The position numbers and the translations under genes were made by a program. Below the pieces are notes generated by a model. It was not told where the DNA came from, did not search any database, and was given only the letters and a program-made list of their open reading frames with translations. A stretch of DNA of 64,000 bases from Bdellovibrio sp. (lineage in GTDB: Bacteria > Bdellovibrionota > Bacteriovoracia > Bacteriovoracales > Bacteriovoracaceae), in assembly GCA_016187935.1 (NCBI GenBank), contig JACPIU010000008.1, positions 292,086-356,085 on the forward strand, in the 5' to 3' direction. Positions 28,235 to 38,712 of this stretch are shown piece after piece. Position 1 is the first letter of the stretch; every line of letters begins with the position of its first letter.

Positions 28235-28440
28235 ACGGAAAGATTCAAAGCCGAAGCCAGGCGAATTAATCGTTCAATGGAAACACTTTGAAGACTGTCA
28301 TTCACGATTCCAGATACAACCGTCCGCGATAAACCAGAGGTCACTTTCATCCCAACCTCTTTATTCTCTGAATCGACACCTCAATATCTCTTTGAGGGGT
28401 CTTGTTTGTTTTCTTTTGAAACGCATGAACGAGATAAATG
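28235..28440 (-). pseudogene. decayed/deleted duplicate of higBA
   Basis: Nucleotide similarity to 14521-14600 and 14761-14880 with internal deletions. Confidence 0.7.
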
Positions 28441-28506
28441 CCATCTACCAGTTCCTCTTTAACCTTCAAGGTTGTCTCATTTTCGTGACAAAATTTCAAT
28501 ACATCA

Positions 28507-28587
28507 TGAAATCCGTTCTGATTTGTTCCGGTTGGCGCATGAAAACCATGAAATTGGATGAAAGAAGATGAGAATCAAAAAAGGCCA
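28507..28587. repeat. TA-upstream repeat family, copy C (truncated)
   Basis: Homologous to 15134-15215. Confidence 0.8.
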
Positions 28588-28744
28588 AGCTCGCCCTAGG
28601 CGCTTTGCCCAACTTTCAAATGGCAAAGAAAATGGAGTGTAAATAAAGTGATGGTTCGCCGGATATTACAGAAAAGATCTCATCTATCCACTTTTTCTGG
28701 TTTTCTTGAGGTTAAGCAATCATTCTTCTTTGACATGAATTATT

Positions 28745-30052
28745 CTAATCGTAAAGCGACCTGCGATACTGATCAATCAACCGATCAATAGTATTTTTCT
28801 CTTTGCTCTCCAATTCTTTTCTCATTTGCGCAATTTCAAAATCAGTAACAACATTTTCAAACGAAGGAACATCTATCATCTTCAATGCCATCTGCCGGTA
28901 AATTGTAGGCGGATGGGTCATGTCCAAACTCCCCTTTTCTTTGGCAATCAGTTTTGTAATCCTCATTTTTTCGTTTTCAGGAAGCTCATTTATTTTATTA
29001 CGAAGACGAGCAAAAAGCTGATAAGGGTCTTTCTCTCTATTCAGTGCACTTTTTTGCACAAGAATTTCGAAATACGCTCCATAATGCATTTTTGTTAAGG
29101 CAACTTGTGCATCAGACTCCCCTGCGATCAAGTAACCAGAATAATCCGCATGAAACTCATCCACTTGTGATGATCTATAAAATAACCAGGCCATGAGCCA
29201 CACCACGCCGTATATGACATAAGAAAGCATTAGCTGTAGCAGCAAAAATGGAAAAGCACCCAAAGCATAGAATCCAATATTAGAATCCCAAAGAGTTACA
29301 GGTCTTAGGATGACATGCCACTTAGAAAGCGACAGCACTGAAGTAAAGATATAAAATGATCTTGAGTTGTCTCCATGCGATCCATGTCCCATTTCATGGC
29401 CAAGAACAAAAAGTAATTCTTTATTTGTTAGAGCGTTAATCAAAGGAAGGCCAAGTCCGACTACTCGCTTGGCCTTCATACCATATATTCCATAGTACGC
29501 GTTGTACTCCTGAAGAATTGCAATTTCATGAGTCGCCTTCGTGTTAAGTTTTTTTCCAATTTTATCAAGCACCGCAAAAGTGAAAGGAAGGTCCTTCGAA
29601 CTATACAATTTCTCTTCAGGCTTCTTAGGGAAGTTGGGTTTAAGAAAATAACTTACATAAAGGAAGAATAGACTTCCGACAATAGAAATGGGATGCCAAG
29701 AGAAATGTATTGGAAGAAAGATCGCAAAACCAAAACACAACAATGTTAAGAGATGCACTACGGTTGCTATAAAGTATGTGATGAGTAGAGATACAGAGGG
29801 CAACTTCTTATGATAAAAATGCTTTTTTTCAGCAATTATTTTTTGTAAAAAAGCCTCGCCATATTTTACGGTGATATGGAGGATAACCTTATCCCATAAG
29901 GTCTTGGGTTTCGGCCTTTCCCCGACAAGACCGTATTCACAGTGTTGACACCAATAAGGATACCCCTCGTGATAAAGATTGGGTCTTTTACATTCGGGAC
30001 AATCTTTCCATTTTTCTGCTTGAGTTAAGTTGGTGTTGATTGCCGTGCTCAT
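28745..30052 (-). CDS. M48-family zinc metallopeptidase (HtpX-like) with an N-terminal zinc ribbon and TM segments
   Basis: HEMGH (HExxH) and CPECK...CQHC. Confidence 0.75.
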   Translation of the reverse strand: MSTAINTNLTQAEKWKDCPECKRPNLYHEGYPYWCQHCEYGLVGERPKPKTLWDKVILHITVKYGEAFLQKIIAEKKHFYHKKLPSVSLLITYFIATVVHLLTLLCFGFAIFLPIHFSWHPISIVGSLFFLYVSYFLKPNFPKKPEEKLYSSKDLPFTFAVLDKIGKKLNTKATHEIAILQEYNAYYGIYGMKAKRVVGLGLPLINALTNKELLFVLGHEMGHGSHGDNSRSFYIFTSVLSLSKWHVILRPVTLWDSNIGFYALGAFPFLLLQLMLSYVIYGVVWLMAWLFYRSSQVDEFHADYSGYLIAGESDAQVALTKMHYGAYFEILVQKSALNREKDPYQLFARLRNKINELPENEKMRITKLIAKEKGSLDMTHPPTIYRQMALKMIDVPSFENVVTDFEIAQMRKELESKEKNTIDRLIDQYRRSLYD

Positions 30053-30234
30053 TATTCTGCCACACCCGATTCTGGTGCTATCTCTAACAGCGCTAATTTA
30101 AATGCATGTCGCTCTTGGGCCTTATCTTCAAATTGAATCGCACACCCATCGGCAAGATCAATTTTCCGCGAGGTAGTACAAGAATAAAATAAGCCTATCA
30201 ATGCGAAATAATAGAGATTTTTCATCTTTTTCAC
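30052..30234 (-). CDS. small lipoprotein
   Basis: MKKMKNLYYFALIGLFYSC lipobox. Confidence 0.45.
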   Translation of the reverse strand: MKKMKNLYYFALIGLFYSCTTSRKIDLADGCAIQFEDKAQERHAFKLALLEIAPESGVAE

Positions 30235-30365
30235 AGTTCTCTGAAAAAATACCGTGATTTCTATTCGGAATTTCTTGTGGGCACTTGAATTATTCTTTGA
30301 TCAATGAAAAATTCGCCAGATATAGAATTTAGTCTGTTTTGAAAGAGACATTTTATTCTTTCGAT

Positions 30366-30470
30366 CGAGTAAAAGACCAATGCGCATGAATGATTTTCCA
30401 CTGACCAGCGAAATTGCGATAGATCTCAGAGCAGTTCCAACGTGAAGGTTCGTTCTCTCTGCTATAGAAG
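30366..30470 (-). pseudogene. duplicated 3' fragment of the NTF2-like gene
   Basis: About 80 % identity to 27825-27930. Confidence 0.6.
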
Positions 30471-30971
30471 GCCATCATTTCATATACAAATTGGATTTCG
30501 ATATGGCTTTGAATTCAACAAATTATATTCATCAGATAGTGATATAAATATTGGTTTAGGTTTTATCTTCTAGTTTCTGCCGACTGAATCGATAATCAAC
30601 ATCTAAAAAGCACGCACTCAATTTGCGGAGAAACAGCGCAAGATAACATGCGCATACTTTGTTCCGAGCATAACAAACTCGCCTATCAAAAATTTTCCTG
30701 TTTGCGGCTTTCCTGAAGTCGGCCAAGAGATGTTGATGATGCCTCACTTTGAATTTGCAGCAAGTGTAGCGCAATACACCGAGTACATGGCACGAGCGTT
30801 CTGGCACGAGCGTTCCTACGAGTTTCAAAATCAAGGACATCCGACTTAATTATTCAATTAAGCACAATGCAATTAAGTTCTTTTATAGTGCCCTAAAATT
30901 AGGGTTCTACGTTATAATCCCTGCTAAATGAAATTTTAAGTGTGAATTGATTTTAATCTTTAGGAGGAAGA

Positions 30972-33029
30972 ATGGAGACTGTTCAAATATATACTTGGAT
31001 CGCACCCCTTATAATTACCCTTGTGGGAGTGATCATCGTGTTCCTTTCTCTATGTCTTGTGAATGTTGGTGGCAACCAAATTGCCGTGGTGGAACAACGA
31101 TTTCTCGGGGACGAACTTGAACCTGGTCGAGTATTCGCCATGAATCGCCAGGTCGGTGTAAGAGCAGACGTGCTTGCGCCGGGATTACATTTTGTCCTTT
31201 GGCCTTTCGTGCGTGTGGTTAGTAAACCAACGTTTGTCACCATTGCTGCCGACGAGTTAGGTATCATCGAAGCAACAGATGGTTCGGCACTCTTGGCCGG
31301 TCGAATTTTCGCCGAAGATCCTGCGGCCAACCAGCACAACAATTTTCAAGATCCCACGTCCTTTCTCATCAAAGGAGGAATTCGGGGCAAGCAATTACGT
31401 TTCCTCACTAATGGAACATTTAAAATCCACCCTCAACTGTTTCAAGTCACCAAAATCAAAAAGACTTTCGTGCCAGAAGGAAGAATTGGTGTTATTACCG
31501 CAGCCGACGGCGAAGCACTGCTACCAGGACAACTGATAGGGAAAAGTGTCACAAATCATGATTATTTTCAAAAAGCGGAAATCTTTTTACAAAATGGCGG
31601 ACAAAAAGGGCCGCAAATAGATTTTCTTCGTCCAGGAACATACAACATCAACACAGAAATGTTTCGGGTAGAAATTCGTGCCGCTGTTTCTATCGGGGAA
31701 CATGAGATTGGAATCGTGGAGGCCTTGGCCGGATTGCCCATGGAACAGAACGAGGTGGTGGTGCAAACTCCCGATGGCCACAATAATTTCCAAGATGGTC
31801 AAAAGTTTCTTGATAACGGAGGAAAGCGAGGTCCACAGGATCATATCCTCACTCCCGGAACCTATTACATAAATCCATATCTTTTTGCCGTTACCAAACG
31901 AAAGCAAACTCAAGTCAATCAGGGCCAAGTAGCTGTGCTGATTTCAAACATTGGCAAAGATCCAAATGAATTCTCACTTGGAACGACTCAAAGCGGCCAG
32001 GCCGAAGACAAAAGCAAAACCCGTCATGTCGTACCGAGAGGATTTCGTGGTATTCAAAGTGAAGTTCTGGGACCGGGCGCTTACAACATTAACCCTTTGG
32101 CATATTCAGTGATAATTATCCCGACAACCACCCGCTCAGTTGATTGGTGTGGAGAAAAATCCAAAGCAGGAAGTTCGGCCGCCATTTTTGATCCATTCCA
32201 AGTAATTTCGCACGACGGTTTTCCTATGCAAGTTGAAGTTCGCTGCCAATATCGAATTATCCCCGAAAATGCTCCCTATGTAGTACAAAAGCTTGGGTCT
32301 ATCGAAGAACTCGAAACCAATGTCATTCACCCCCAAATCGACGGCATTTTTCGCGCTCAAGTCTCTCATTCACCGGCCATTGCTTATCAACAAAACCGCG
32401 CCGAAGAACAAAAGGCAGCGGAAGAAGCAGTTCGGCAAGACCTTGCTAAATATCGCGTGGAAGTCGTGTCGGTTATGATTACCAATATTCACCTTCCAGA
32501 AGCACTCATGAAGACGACCCAGCAGAAAAATCTCGCCGAACAGGAAAAGTCCATGTTTGATGCCAAGAAAGACGCTGAACAACGTCGTATTGAATTCGAG
32601 AAAACAAAAGCTGAAGCTGATGCTCAAGTAAAAATAATTACGGCGGAAGCAGGTATCAAGGTTGCACAACACGAAGCTCGCCAAAATGAAGAACGCGCCC
32701 GTGGTGAAGCTGCCAGAGTACGTATGATCGCCGAAGCCGACGCCACTAAAACCAAACAGGTTGGCGACGCTGAAGCCGGAGTCATTCAATCCAAGGGGGA
32801 GGCACAGGCCAAAGCGTACCGAGATCAAGTCAATGCCTTGACCGCCCAAGGAGTCACCAGTGTCGAAATTATTAAAGCGATCTCGGCGGCAGGACTTAAA
32901 ATCACACCTGATATTCACGTCCAAGGTACATCAGGGACTGAAGGGAATGGTCTGATCCAAATCCTTCTGGCAAAATCAATCCGCGATTGGGATAAGACCT
33001 CGACGCCCGCGCCGACTACGCAAGGATAA
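30972..33029 (+). CDS. SPFH/band-7 (flotillin-like) membrane protein with four internal repeats of about 95 aa
   Basis: N-terminal TM. Repeated GG.(K/R)GPQ..(F/I)L.PGTY.IN modules. C-terminal coiled coil (AEQEK...AEADAQVKI). Confidence 0.65.
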   Translation: METVQIYTWIAPLIITLVGVIIVFLSLCLVNVGGNQIAVVEQRFLGDELEPGRVFAMNRQVGVRADVLAPGLHFVLWPFVRVVSKPTFVTIAADELGIIEATDGSALLAGRIFAEDPAANQHNNFQDPTSFLIKGGIRGKQLRFLTNGTFKIHPQLFQVTKIKKTFVPEGRIGVITAADGEALLPGQLIGKSVTNHDYFQKAEIFLQNGGQKGPQIDFLRPGTYNINTEMFRVEIRAAVSIGEHEIGIVEALAGLPMEQNEVVVQTPDGHNNFQDGQKFLDNGGKRGPQDHILTPGTYYINPYLFAVTKRKQTQVNQGQVAVLISNIGKDPNEFSLGTTQSGQAEDKSKTRHVVPRGFRGIQSEVLGPGAYNINPLAYSVIIIPTTTRSVDWCGEKSKAGSSAAIFDPFQVISHDGFPMQVEVRCQYRIIPENAPYVVQKLGSIEELETNVIHPQIDGIFRAQVSHSPAIAYQQNRAEEQKAAEEAVRQDLAKYRVEVVSVMITNIHLPEALMKTTQQKNLAEQEKSMFDAKKDAEQRRIEFEKTKAEADAQVKIITAEAGIKVAQHEARQNEERARGEAARVRMIAEADATKTKQVGDAEAGVIQSKGEAQAKAYRDQVNALTAQGVTSVEIIKAISAAGLKITPDIHVQGTSGTEGNGLIQILLAKSIRDWDKTSTPAPTTQG

Positions 33030-33042
33030 TAAGGTGCCTGCC

Positions 33043-34167
33043 TTATCTTTCCAGAATAAGCAGCTTTACAGGCAATGCGCCATTTCGCAAAGAAATTTCC
33101 TTGGTAGTGTTGAGGGCCAATAAATGAATCGGAGCTTGACTTGGGACCAGTAAGGCCACGCGCCAGAGGGAAAAACGCTGTTTAATTATTTGACCAACTT
33201 CCTTGTACAATTGATCAATGGTGCCTGCACCAATGCGTTCACCGTAAGGAAGATTGGCGATTAATAAACCGCGTGGAGCGGGAGGTTCTAAGTCCTGAAA
33301 GGCGGTCACAGAAAAATTAATATATTTCTCGACTCGTGCTCGTAAGGCACAAGCGCGGGCAACGTCGACATAATCGGATTTGATATCCGAAGCATAGATA
33401 GGTGCGGACAAACCAGATTTTTTTTGCGCCCGCAGTTGATCTCCAACTCGACGCCATAAAGGACGATCAAAACCGGCCAGATGCTCCAGAGCGAAATCAT
33501 CTTTTCCGCGATGAATGAGGGGGGCCTTATTGAGAGCGATGTAGGCCGCTTCAATGGCGATTGTACCTGAACCACACATAGGATCGACCAGAGGTTCATG
33601 GCCTGTATAACCGGCCAACATGAGAATCGAGGCAGCAAGTGTTTCTTTTAAAACGGCAGGATGTCCGCTTGTACGCCACCCACGTTTATGAAGAGCGCGA
33701 CCGGCGGTATCGATGCCAAGCACGCAGGTGCCATCGCGGATAAAGAGAATAATCGTGATTGGATTGTCGGCCTCGGGGTCAAATTTGGGAGGAGACTTTT
33801 CAAATGCACTCTTTTGAATCGATTGAACCACAGATGTGACAATCGCATTTTCGTCGAGCTTTTGAGCACTCTGGTCGGCGAGTGTTGGCCTTACCGTGAA
33901 GGCATGGTGTGTTCGCAGCCAGTCTGGCCATATGATTTTTTTCAGTGCTGCTTGAAGTGTGACCAAATCAGATACATCGAACTTGCCGACCACCCGCTGA
34001 ATGCGGCTGGCAGTACGAAGCAATAAATGGGCGCGATAGGCTGTTTCCAGATCGCAGTCAAACATGATTCCTCGGTAAAATTTATTCTGCTGCTCAATTC
34101 CCAATGATTGAAGTTCACAGGCAAGCACATCAACTGTTTCGTGTGGACAAGTGGCCATCCATTGCAT
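33043..34167 (-). CDS. THUMP-domain class I SAM-dependent RNA (guanine-N2) methyltransferase, RlmL-like
   Basis: DPMCGSGTIAIEAA (motif I) and ANLPYGERIG (motif IV). Confidence 0.75.
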   Translation of the reverse strand: MQWMATCPHETVDVLACELQSLGIEQQNKFYRGIMFDCDLETAYRAHLLLRTASRIQRVVGKFDVSDLVTLQAALKKIIWPDWLRTHHAFTVRPTLADQSAQKLDENAIVTSVVQSIQKSAFEKSPPKFDPEADNPITIILFIRDGTCVLGIDTAGRALHKRGWRTSGHPAVLKETLAASILMLAGYTGHEPLVDPMCGSGTIAIEAAYIALNKAPLIHRGKDDFALEHLAGFDRPLWRRVGDQLRAQKKSGLSAPIYASDIKSDYVDVARACALRARVEKYINFSVTAFQDLEPPAPRGLLIANLPYGERIGAGTIDQLYKEVGQIIKQRFSLWRVALLVPSQAPIHLLALNTTKEISLRNGALPVKLLILER

Positions 34168-34245
34168 GTTGATATTTAACCTCAATCAGGTGGAAAGTTC
34201 CAGCATTCATTGGATGCTGGTTGATTGCTATTGGAGAACTTTCAC

Positions 34246-35106
34246 CTAAGCGTATCTCGCACGCTCTGCCGCCAGCCTTGTAAGCGTCGCCTGCATTGTC
34301 GATTCCACATTCTCAGCGCAGACGCGCACGTACTCGTCATCGGCGGCGGCGGATTCTCCGCTGCGCTCAAAATAGATTGGAGGCAGCACTTCCTGGATTA
34401 TGCGAGTTGGCCAGGGCAAATAGATCAGGCCAGGGCCAATGATGACTCCCCACGGAAGGCACAAAGTGATCGGCCATGTACCAAGTCGCAACCATCGACT
34501 GGTGCCAAAAAATTTCATGAGTCGCCGACCATCCGTGAGCACTATAAAGGTCGAATGGGCGCCTGCGGTTACAACAGGATAAATCGGTACGCCGGCCCTC
34601 AGTGCGAGGCGGATGTAACCTCGCCGATTGTCGAAAATGATACGGTCGCGATCGCGATAAGAACGTAAGGCCTCGATATCACCGCCGGGAAAAACCAGCA
34701 CTTTCGAACCGCGCATGAGCAGCTTCAAGCCGTTCTCTCGACAAGCGCGCACCACACCCAGGGGAACAAAAAGCTTTTTTATCATCGGAATTTTGAGAGG
34801 CAGATCACCCATAAGACTATACGGTACGGCCTCAATGCCGTGCTTTTTAAAAAGGGTTGCCCCCAGTAAAAAGGCCTCAGGGGCCAGAAGACCTGCATTG
34901 TGATTACCGACAAAAAGACCTGCACCGGCGACAACACGCTCACATCCACGAATTTCCGCACGAAAGTAAGGCCGGATGACGGTGTCGATGAAAGATGCCA
35001 GTCGGGCCACGGCCGCTTCATCACGATTATCAAACTGATTGACGTCATCGACTGGCAAAACTACGCGCTTGCTCAAGTTTGAAAGATAAGAATGGATAAG
35101 ACCCAT
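34246..35106 (-). CDS. putative lysophospholipid/glycerol-phosphate acyltransferase-family protein
   Basis: VGNHNAGLL and VLVFPGG blocks. Confidence 0.4.
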   Translation of the reverse strand: MGLIHSYLSNLSKRVVLPVDDVNQFDNRDEAAVARLASFIDTVIRPYFRAEIRGCERVVAGAGLFVGNHNAGLLAPEAFLLGATLFKKHGIEAVPYSLMGDLPLKIPMIKKLFVPLGVVRACRENGLKLLMRGSKVLVFPGGDIEALRSYRDRDRIIFDNRRGYIRLALRAGVPIYPVVTAGAHSTFIVLTDGRRLMKFFGTSRWLRLGTWPITLCLPWGVIIGPGLIYLPWPTRIIQEVLPPIYFERSGESAAADDEYVRVCAENVESTMQATLTRLAAERARYA

Positions 35107-35181
35107 GTATGCTCCCGTCGAATCGAGGTGCCAGGAATTTCGTAACTACTGTCTTAACACCTGATACCTTGCCATCTTTTC

Positions 35182-36210
35182 TCATTTTTCTCGAAGGTAC
35201 AAAATCACATCATGGCCAAAATAAGGTTCCTGCGCACCCCAAAAAATGTATCTGGCGCGTAAATAATCTTGGGCGAAGGCGGAAAGCGCGGGGACCAAGT
35301 TAGGCCAAGGTGGGTTTAAAACTGTATCGTCATTAGTCCTTCCAATATAATTCCCATCCTGAACCGCAACGCCCACTGGTATTGGTGCGGTAAGTTCGTG
35401 CATCAATTTATAGGCGTGATTCTTATGATGTCGGTGCTCAGGCATCAGATCAGGCGTCCCGATCCCTATCCCCTTTTCCTCTGCAAATTGATAAACCGAA
35501 CGCAGATAGGAATGATCTTCATGGGGCAACCATTCGCCAGGCATAAAGTTCGCGTACTGCATGGTCACAGATGTGGGGAAGGCATCCTTGAGGACCTGCA
35601 TATTAACTAAAATACCTTCAAGGTATGCTTTCGGGGTAAATCCCTTGGGAGCATTGGGACCTTCTTCAATGACTTCAATGGAAGTCTCTTGCAGATTTAG
35701 TCCCTCAATTTTACCATCGAAGGCCTTCCCCAGAGCATGTAAAAGTTTATGAAAGCGTTCTCGCACGGCCGGGTCCCATCTTCGGGCCACCCAACCGTTG
35801 GTTTTGCCGCTCGAATCGCATTGCGGATCAACCCCACCATTGAATCTGGCTTCGTCAAGCAGGTACTTGGGCACAGCTTTCATGGAAGCGCTAAAGGTTG
35901 TGTCTTGAAGTTGGATAAAAAGTTTTTTTCCTTTCGAGGACAAATATTTTAAATCTTGCTGAATCTCACTGAAGTCATAAACATCTTCGCTTGGTTCCAG
36001 TTCCCTCCATGCGTACATCAATTGAGCGCCCACAAGATTTTTGGTCTCAAGAAAACTACTCTCAGAAATACGCTGCCTGTCTCGATTGAAAAAAACAAAA
36101 TTGCGCACCAGATGACTTGCCTCGGGATGAGAAGCACAAGCAAAATTGCAGGAACAGATTAAGATAAAAAATAAAATTAAGGGCATAATTGAAATGTTCA
36201 TAACAAACAA
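35182..36210 (-). CDS. secreted TIM-barrel glycoside-hydrolase-like protein (family uncertain)
   Basis: Signal peptide. No clear family motif. Confidence 0.35.
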   Translation of the reverse strand: MFVMNISIMPLILFFILICSCNFACASHPEASHLVRNFVFFNRDRQRISESSFLETKNLVGAQLMYAWRELEPSEDVYDFSEIQQDLKYLSSKGKKLFIQLQDTTFSASMKAVPKYLLDEARFNGGVDPQCDSSGKTNGWVARRWDPAVRERFHKLLHALGKAFDGKIEGLNLQETSIEVIEEGPNAPKGFTPKAYLEGILVNMQVLKDAFPTSVTMQYANFMPGEWLPHEDHSYLRSVYQFAEEKGIGIGTPDLMPEHRHHKNHAYKLMHELTAPIPVGVAVQDGNYIGRTNDDTVLNPPWPNLVPALSAFAQDYLRARYIFWGAQEPYFGHDVILYLREK

Positions 36211-36234
36211 CCATCCGATTGGTAAGCCTTGGCT

Positions 36235-37254
36235 TTATCTATTTGAAAAATTTGCTCCGCCATTGGTGGAGATTGACAGCCCCTCATCGGTAGCGGCGTA
36301 AATTTTTCCGGTTCCATCCACATCCACACCCCAAACGATGTTGCTACCTAATCCTCTCGACGTGGTTCTATTGATAAAACTTGTGCCGCCATTGTCGGAA
36401 ATGGACAGCCCACCATCAGTGGCAGCATAAATTTTTTCAAATCCATCCACATACACACCCCAAACGGTGTTACTGCCGAGTCGCTGTGCTGTGGTCTTAT
36501 TGGTAAAACTTGTCCCGCCATTGGTGGAGATGGACAGTCCTGCGCCCGTGGCGACATAAATATTTCCGCTTCCGTCAGTGATTACTCCCCTGACATCGCT
36601 ACTACCCAGACCTTGCGCTTTGGTTTTATTTGTAAAGCTTGCTCCGCTGTTCGTAGAAATCGAAAGTCCTCCGTTGGTGGCGGCGTAAATATTCCCACTT
36701 CTATCGACATAAACTCCCCATATGGTGTTACTTCCCAGTCCTTGCGCGGTAGTTTTATTGGAAAAACTTGCACCGTTGTTGGTTGAAATTGAGAGTCCGC
36801 CGTTGGTAGCTGCATAAATGTTTCCACTTCCATCGACGTAAACTCCCCATACGGTATTACTTCCCAGTCCTTGCGCGGTAGTTTTATTGGTAAAACTCAC
36901 TCCGTTGTTAGTCGAAATAGAGAGACCGCCGTCGGTCGCGGCATAAATATTCTCCATTCCATCCACCTGAACGTCCCAAACATTGTTACTGCCTAAACCT
37001 CTCGAAGTGGTTGTCTTAGTGAAGTTTGTCCCGCCATTGATTGAGGTGGAAAGCCCTCCTGAGGTGGCAGCATAGATATTTCCGATTCCATCTACATAGA
37101 CGCTTCTGACAGAATTACTGCCTTGAGTTCCACCGAAGCTCGGGCCAGCACCTCCGAAACGATTGGCGCCACCACTACGGCCAGTATCAACGCCAGAACC
37201 ATTGCAGTTTACAAACAGAACAAGCATTAATAGGGAAAAGATTATCGATCTCAT
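36235..37254 (-). CDS. secreted beta-propeller repeat protein
   Basis: Seven repeats of about 45 aa (TTAQGLGSN.VWGVYVDGSGNIYAATNGGLSIS). Confidence 0.6.
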   Translation of the reverse strand: MRSIIFSLLMLVLFVNCNGSGVDTGRSGGANRFGGAGPSFGGTQGSNSVRSVYVDGIGNIYAATSGGLSTSINGGTNFTKTTTSRGLGSNNVWDVQVDGMENIYAATDGGLSISTNNGVSFTNKTTAQGLGSNTVWGVYVDGSGNIYAATNGGLSISTNNGASFSNKTTAQGLGSNTIWGVYVDRSGNIYAATNGGLSISTNSGASFTNKTKAQGLGSSDVRGVITDGSGNIYVATGAGLSISTNGGTSFTNKTTAQRLGSNTVWGVYVDGFEKIYAATDGGLSISDNGGTSFINRTTSRGLGSNIVWGVDVDGTGKIYAATDEGLSISTNGGANFSNR

Positions 37255-37414
37255 TTCGGTCTGAGATACCACAGTAAATCGATTCAACAAATGATATAAT
37301 ACCAATCTGTATAAAACGCCATTGCGCACGGACGAAATATAATTTTACCACTCTAAACATCAGAAATTACAGAGCGTCTGAAATCCTTACAGCTATTGGA
37401 TTCCAAGGAACAAT

Positions 37415-37909
37415 TCAATGTTTATCATTCGTCATCCAATCCTCTTCCTTTCCCTTTTCCAGCACTTTCCAGGTGTGGTCGGAGCCAAGGCGAATCTTGG
37501 CCAGAAAACGTTCATATTTTGAAGAAGACCCCCACTCATCGGGACCGATCAGTGAGAGCACATTTTGGCCCCCATTTCTCTTATACAAATAGTAGATTTC
37601 GCCGACGATCGGTTCAAAGCTGACACTGGCCAGATAAATTTGTTCAGAAACCTCCACCCGCTCTTTCAACTCCTGTGCCTGCCGGGCAAGAACCTTCATT
37701 TGCTCCATGATCATGTCCATTTTTTCTTTAGTTTGCTCTTGCATCGCCTTCATGGCCCTGCTTTTGATAGCACCCTCTCTCGTGGGCTCAATGGCAAAAC
37801 CACCGACGGTATGGGCATACTCAATCAGACCTGGCAGATCTGTGGTTTTTTTTCTGAGTAGTTCAAGGTCAATTTCCTCGACGTTGATAGGTGTGGGATT
37901 CATTGTCAA
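37415..37909 (-). CDS. hypothetical protein
   Basis: 164 aa ORF. Confidence 0.4.
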   Translation of the reverse strand: MTMNPTPINVEEIDLELLRKKTTDLPGLIEYAHTVGGFAIEPTREGAIKSRAMKAMQEQTKEKMDMIMEQMKVLARQAQELKERVEVSEQIYLASVSFEPIVGEIYYLYKRNGGQNVLSLIGPDEWGSSSKYERFLAKIRLGSDHTWKVLEKGKEEDWMTNDKH

Positions 37910-38148
37910 GTTCCTCCTTCGAGGAACACATTATGCCTCGGCCGGCGCCATGAAGGAACTTTTTTTGGAAAATATCCCCGACAAATAACGAATGGTTTAG
38001 TCCTGATCGCATTTGCAATTGTAGCGACCAATTGTACCTTTATTATTAATGACCTTTATAAGAAGAATTTTTTTCATAAAACATTCCTCTGCAAACACTT
38101 ATGATTTCTTGCAGATATAGCAACAGCACTAGTTAGTTCAAATTCCCC

Positions 38149-38694
38149 ATGAAAAAAATACCGTCCTTTCACATCATCTTTCATCATGTGGTATGTGGAG
38201 AAATTCAGATTTACGGAGGTTTTATGTTAGTTTCTCGAGTTGTATGTACCTTTACCTTGCTTTTATCTTTAGCGGCCCAAGCACACGTATATGCCGATCC
38301 CAAAGAACCCAACATCGATAGTTTTATAAAAATTACCAAGAAAAGTGAGAACTACTCTTTTCAGTTTTGTCTCTTGGCGAACAAGAATGCTTGCCAACAA
38401 ATTGGTCAGCAGGCGAGTTACACAACTGCCGAACTGGAAGGCAAAGTACGCACGCTTAAAGATCGAACCAAGTTGAGCAATATAGGTGCTATTGCCACTG
38501 GAGGTCTAACGCTGCTTCTCTCTGCCAGGCTCTATCTCATGCGTAAATCAATTGAACCCAAGGCCCTGAAGCGTGATCAAACTCTCTCTTATCAAGTTGA
38601 TGAAAAAGGCCATGCCTCTGGAACTCTTGAACAACACCGTGACCGCATAGAACGTGCTTTAAAAGTAACTATCACAGATTCTGAGACAAAATAA
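38149..38694 (+). CDS. hypothetical secreted/membrane protein
   Basis: ORF with a hydrophobic N-terminus. Confidence 0.35.
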   Translation: MKKIPSFHIIFHHVVCGEIQIYGGFMLVSRVVCTFTLLLSLAAQAHVYADPKEPNIDSFIKITKKSENYSFQFCLLANKNACQQIGQQASYTTAELEGKVRTLKDRTKLSNIGAIATGGLTLLLSARLYLMRKSIEPKALKRDQTLSYQVDEKGHASGTLEQHRDRIERALKVTITDSETK

Positions 38695-38712
38695 TTTACT
38701 TGAGGGGGAACT

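Noticed and set aside
32370-32924. 184 aa minus-strand ORF antisense to the SPFH gene (and similar antisense ORFs at 31587-31928, 36348-36833, 58824-59429, 19481-19954, 12056-12301, 46546-46992)
   Set aside because: These are embedded antisense ORFs within strongly supported genes. They have no motifs and show shadow-ORF composition.
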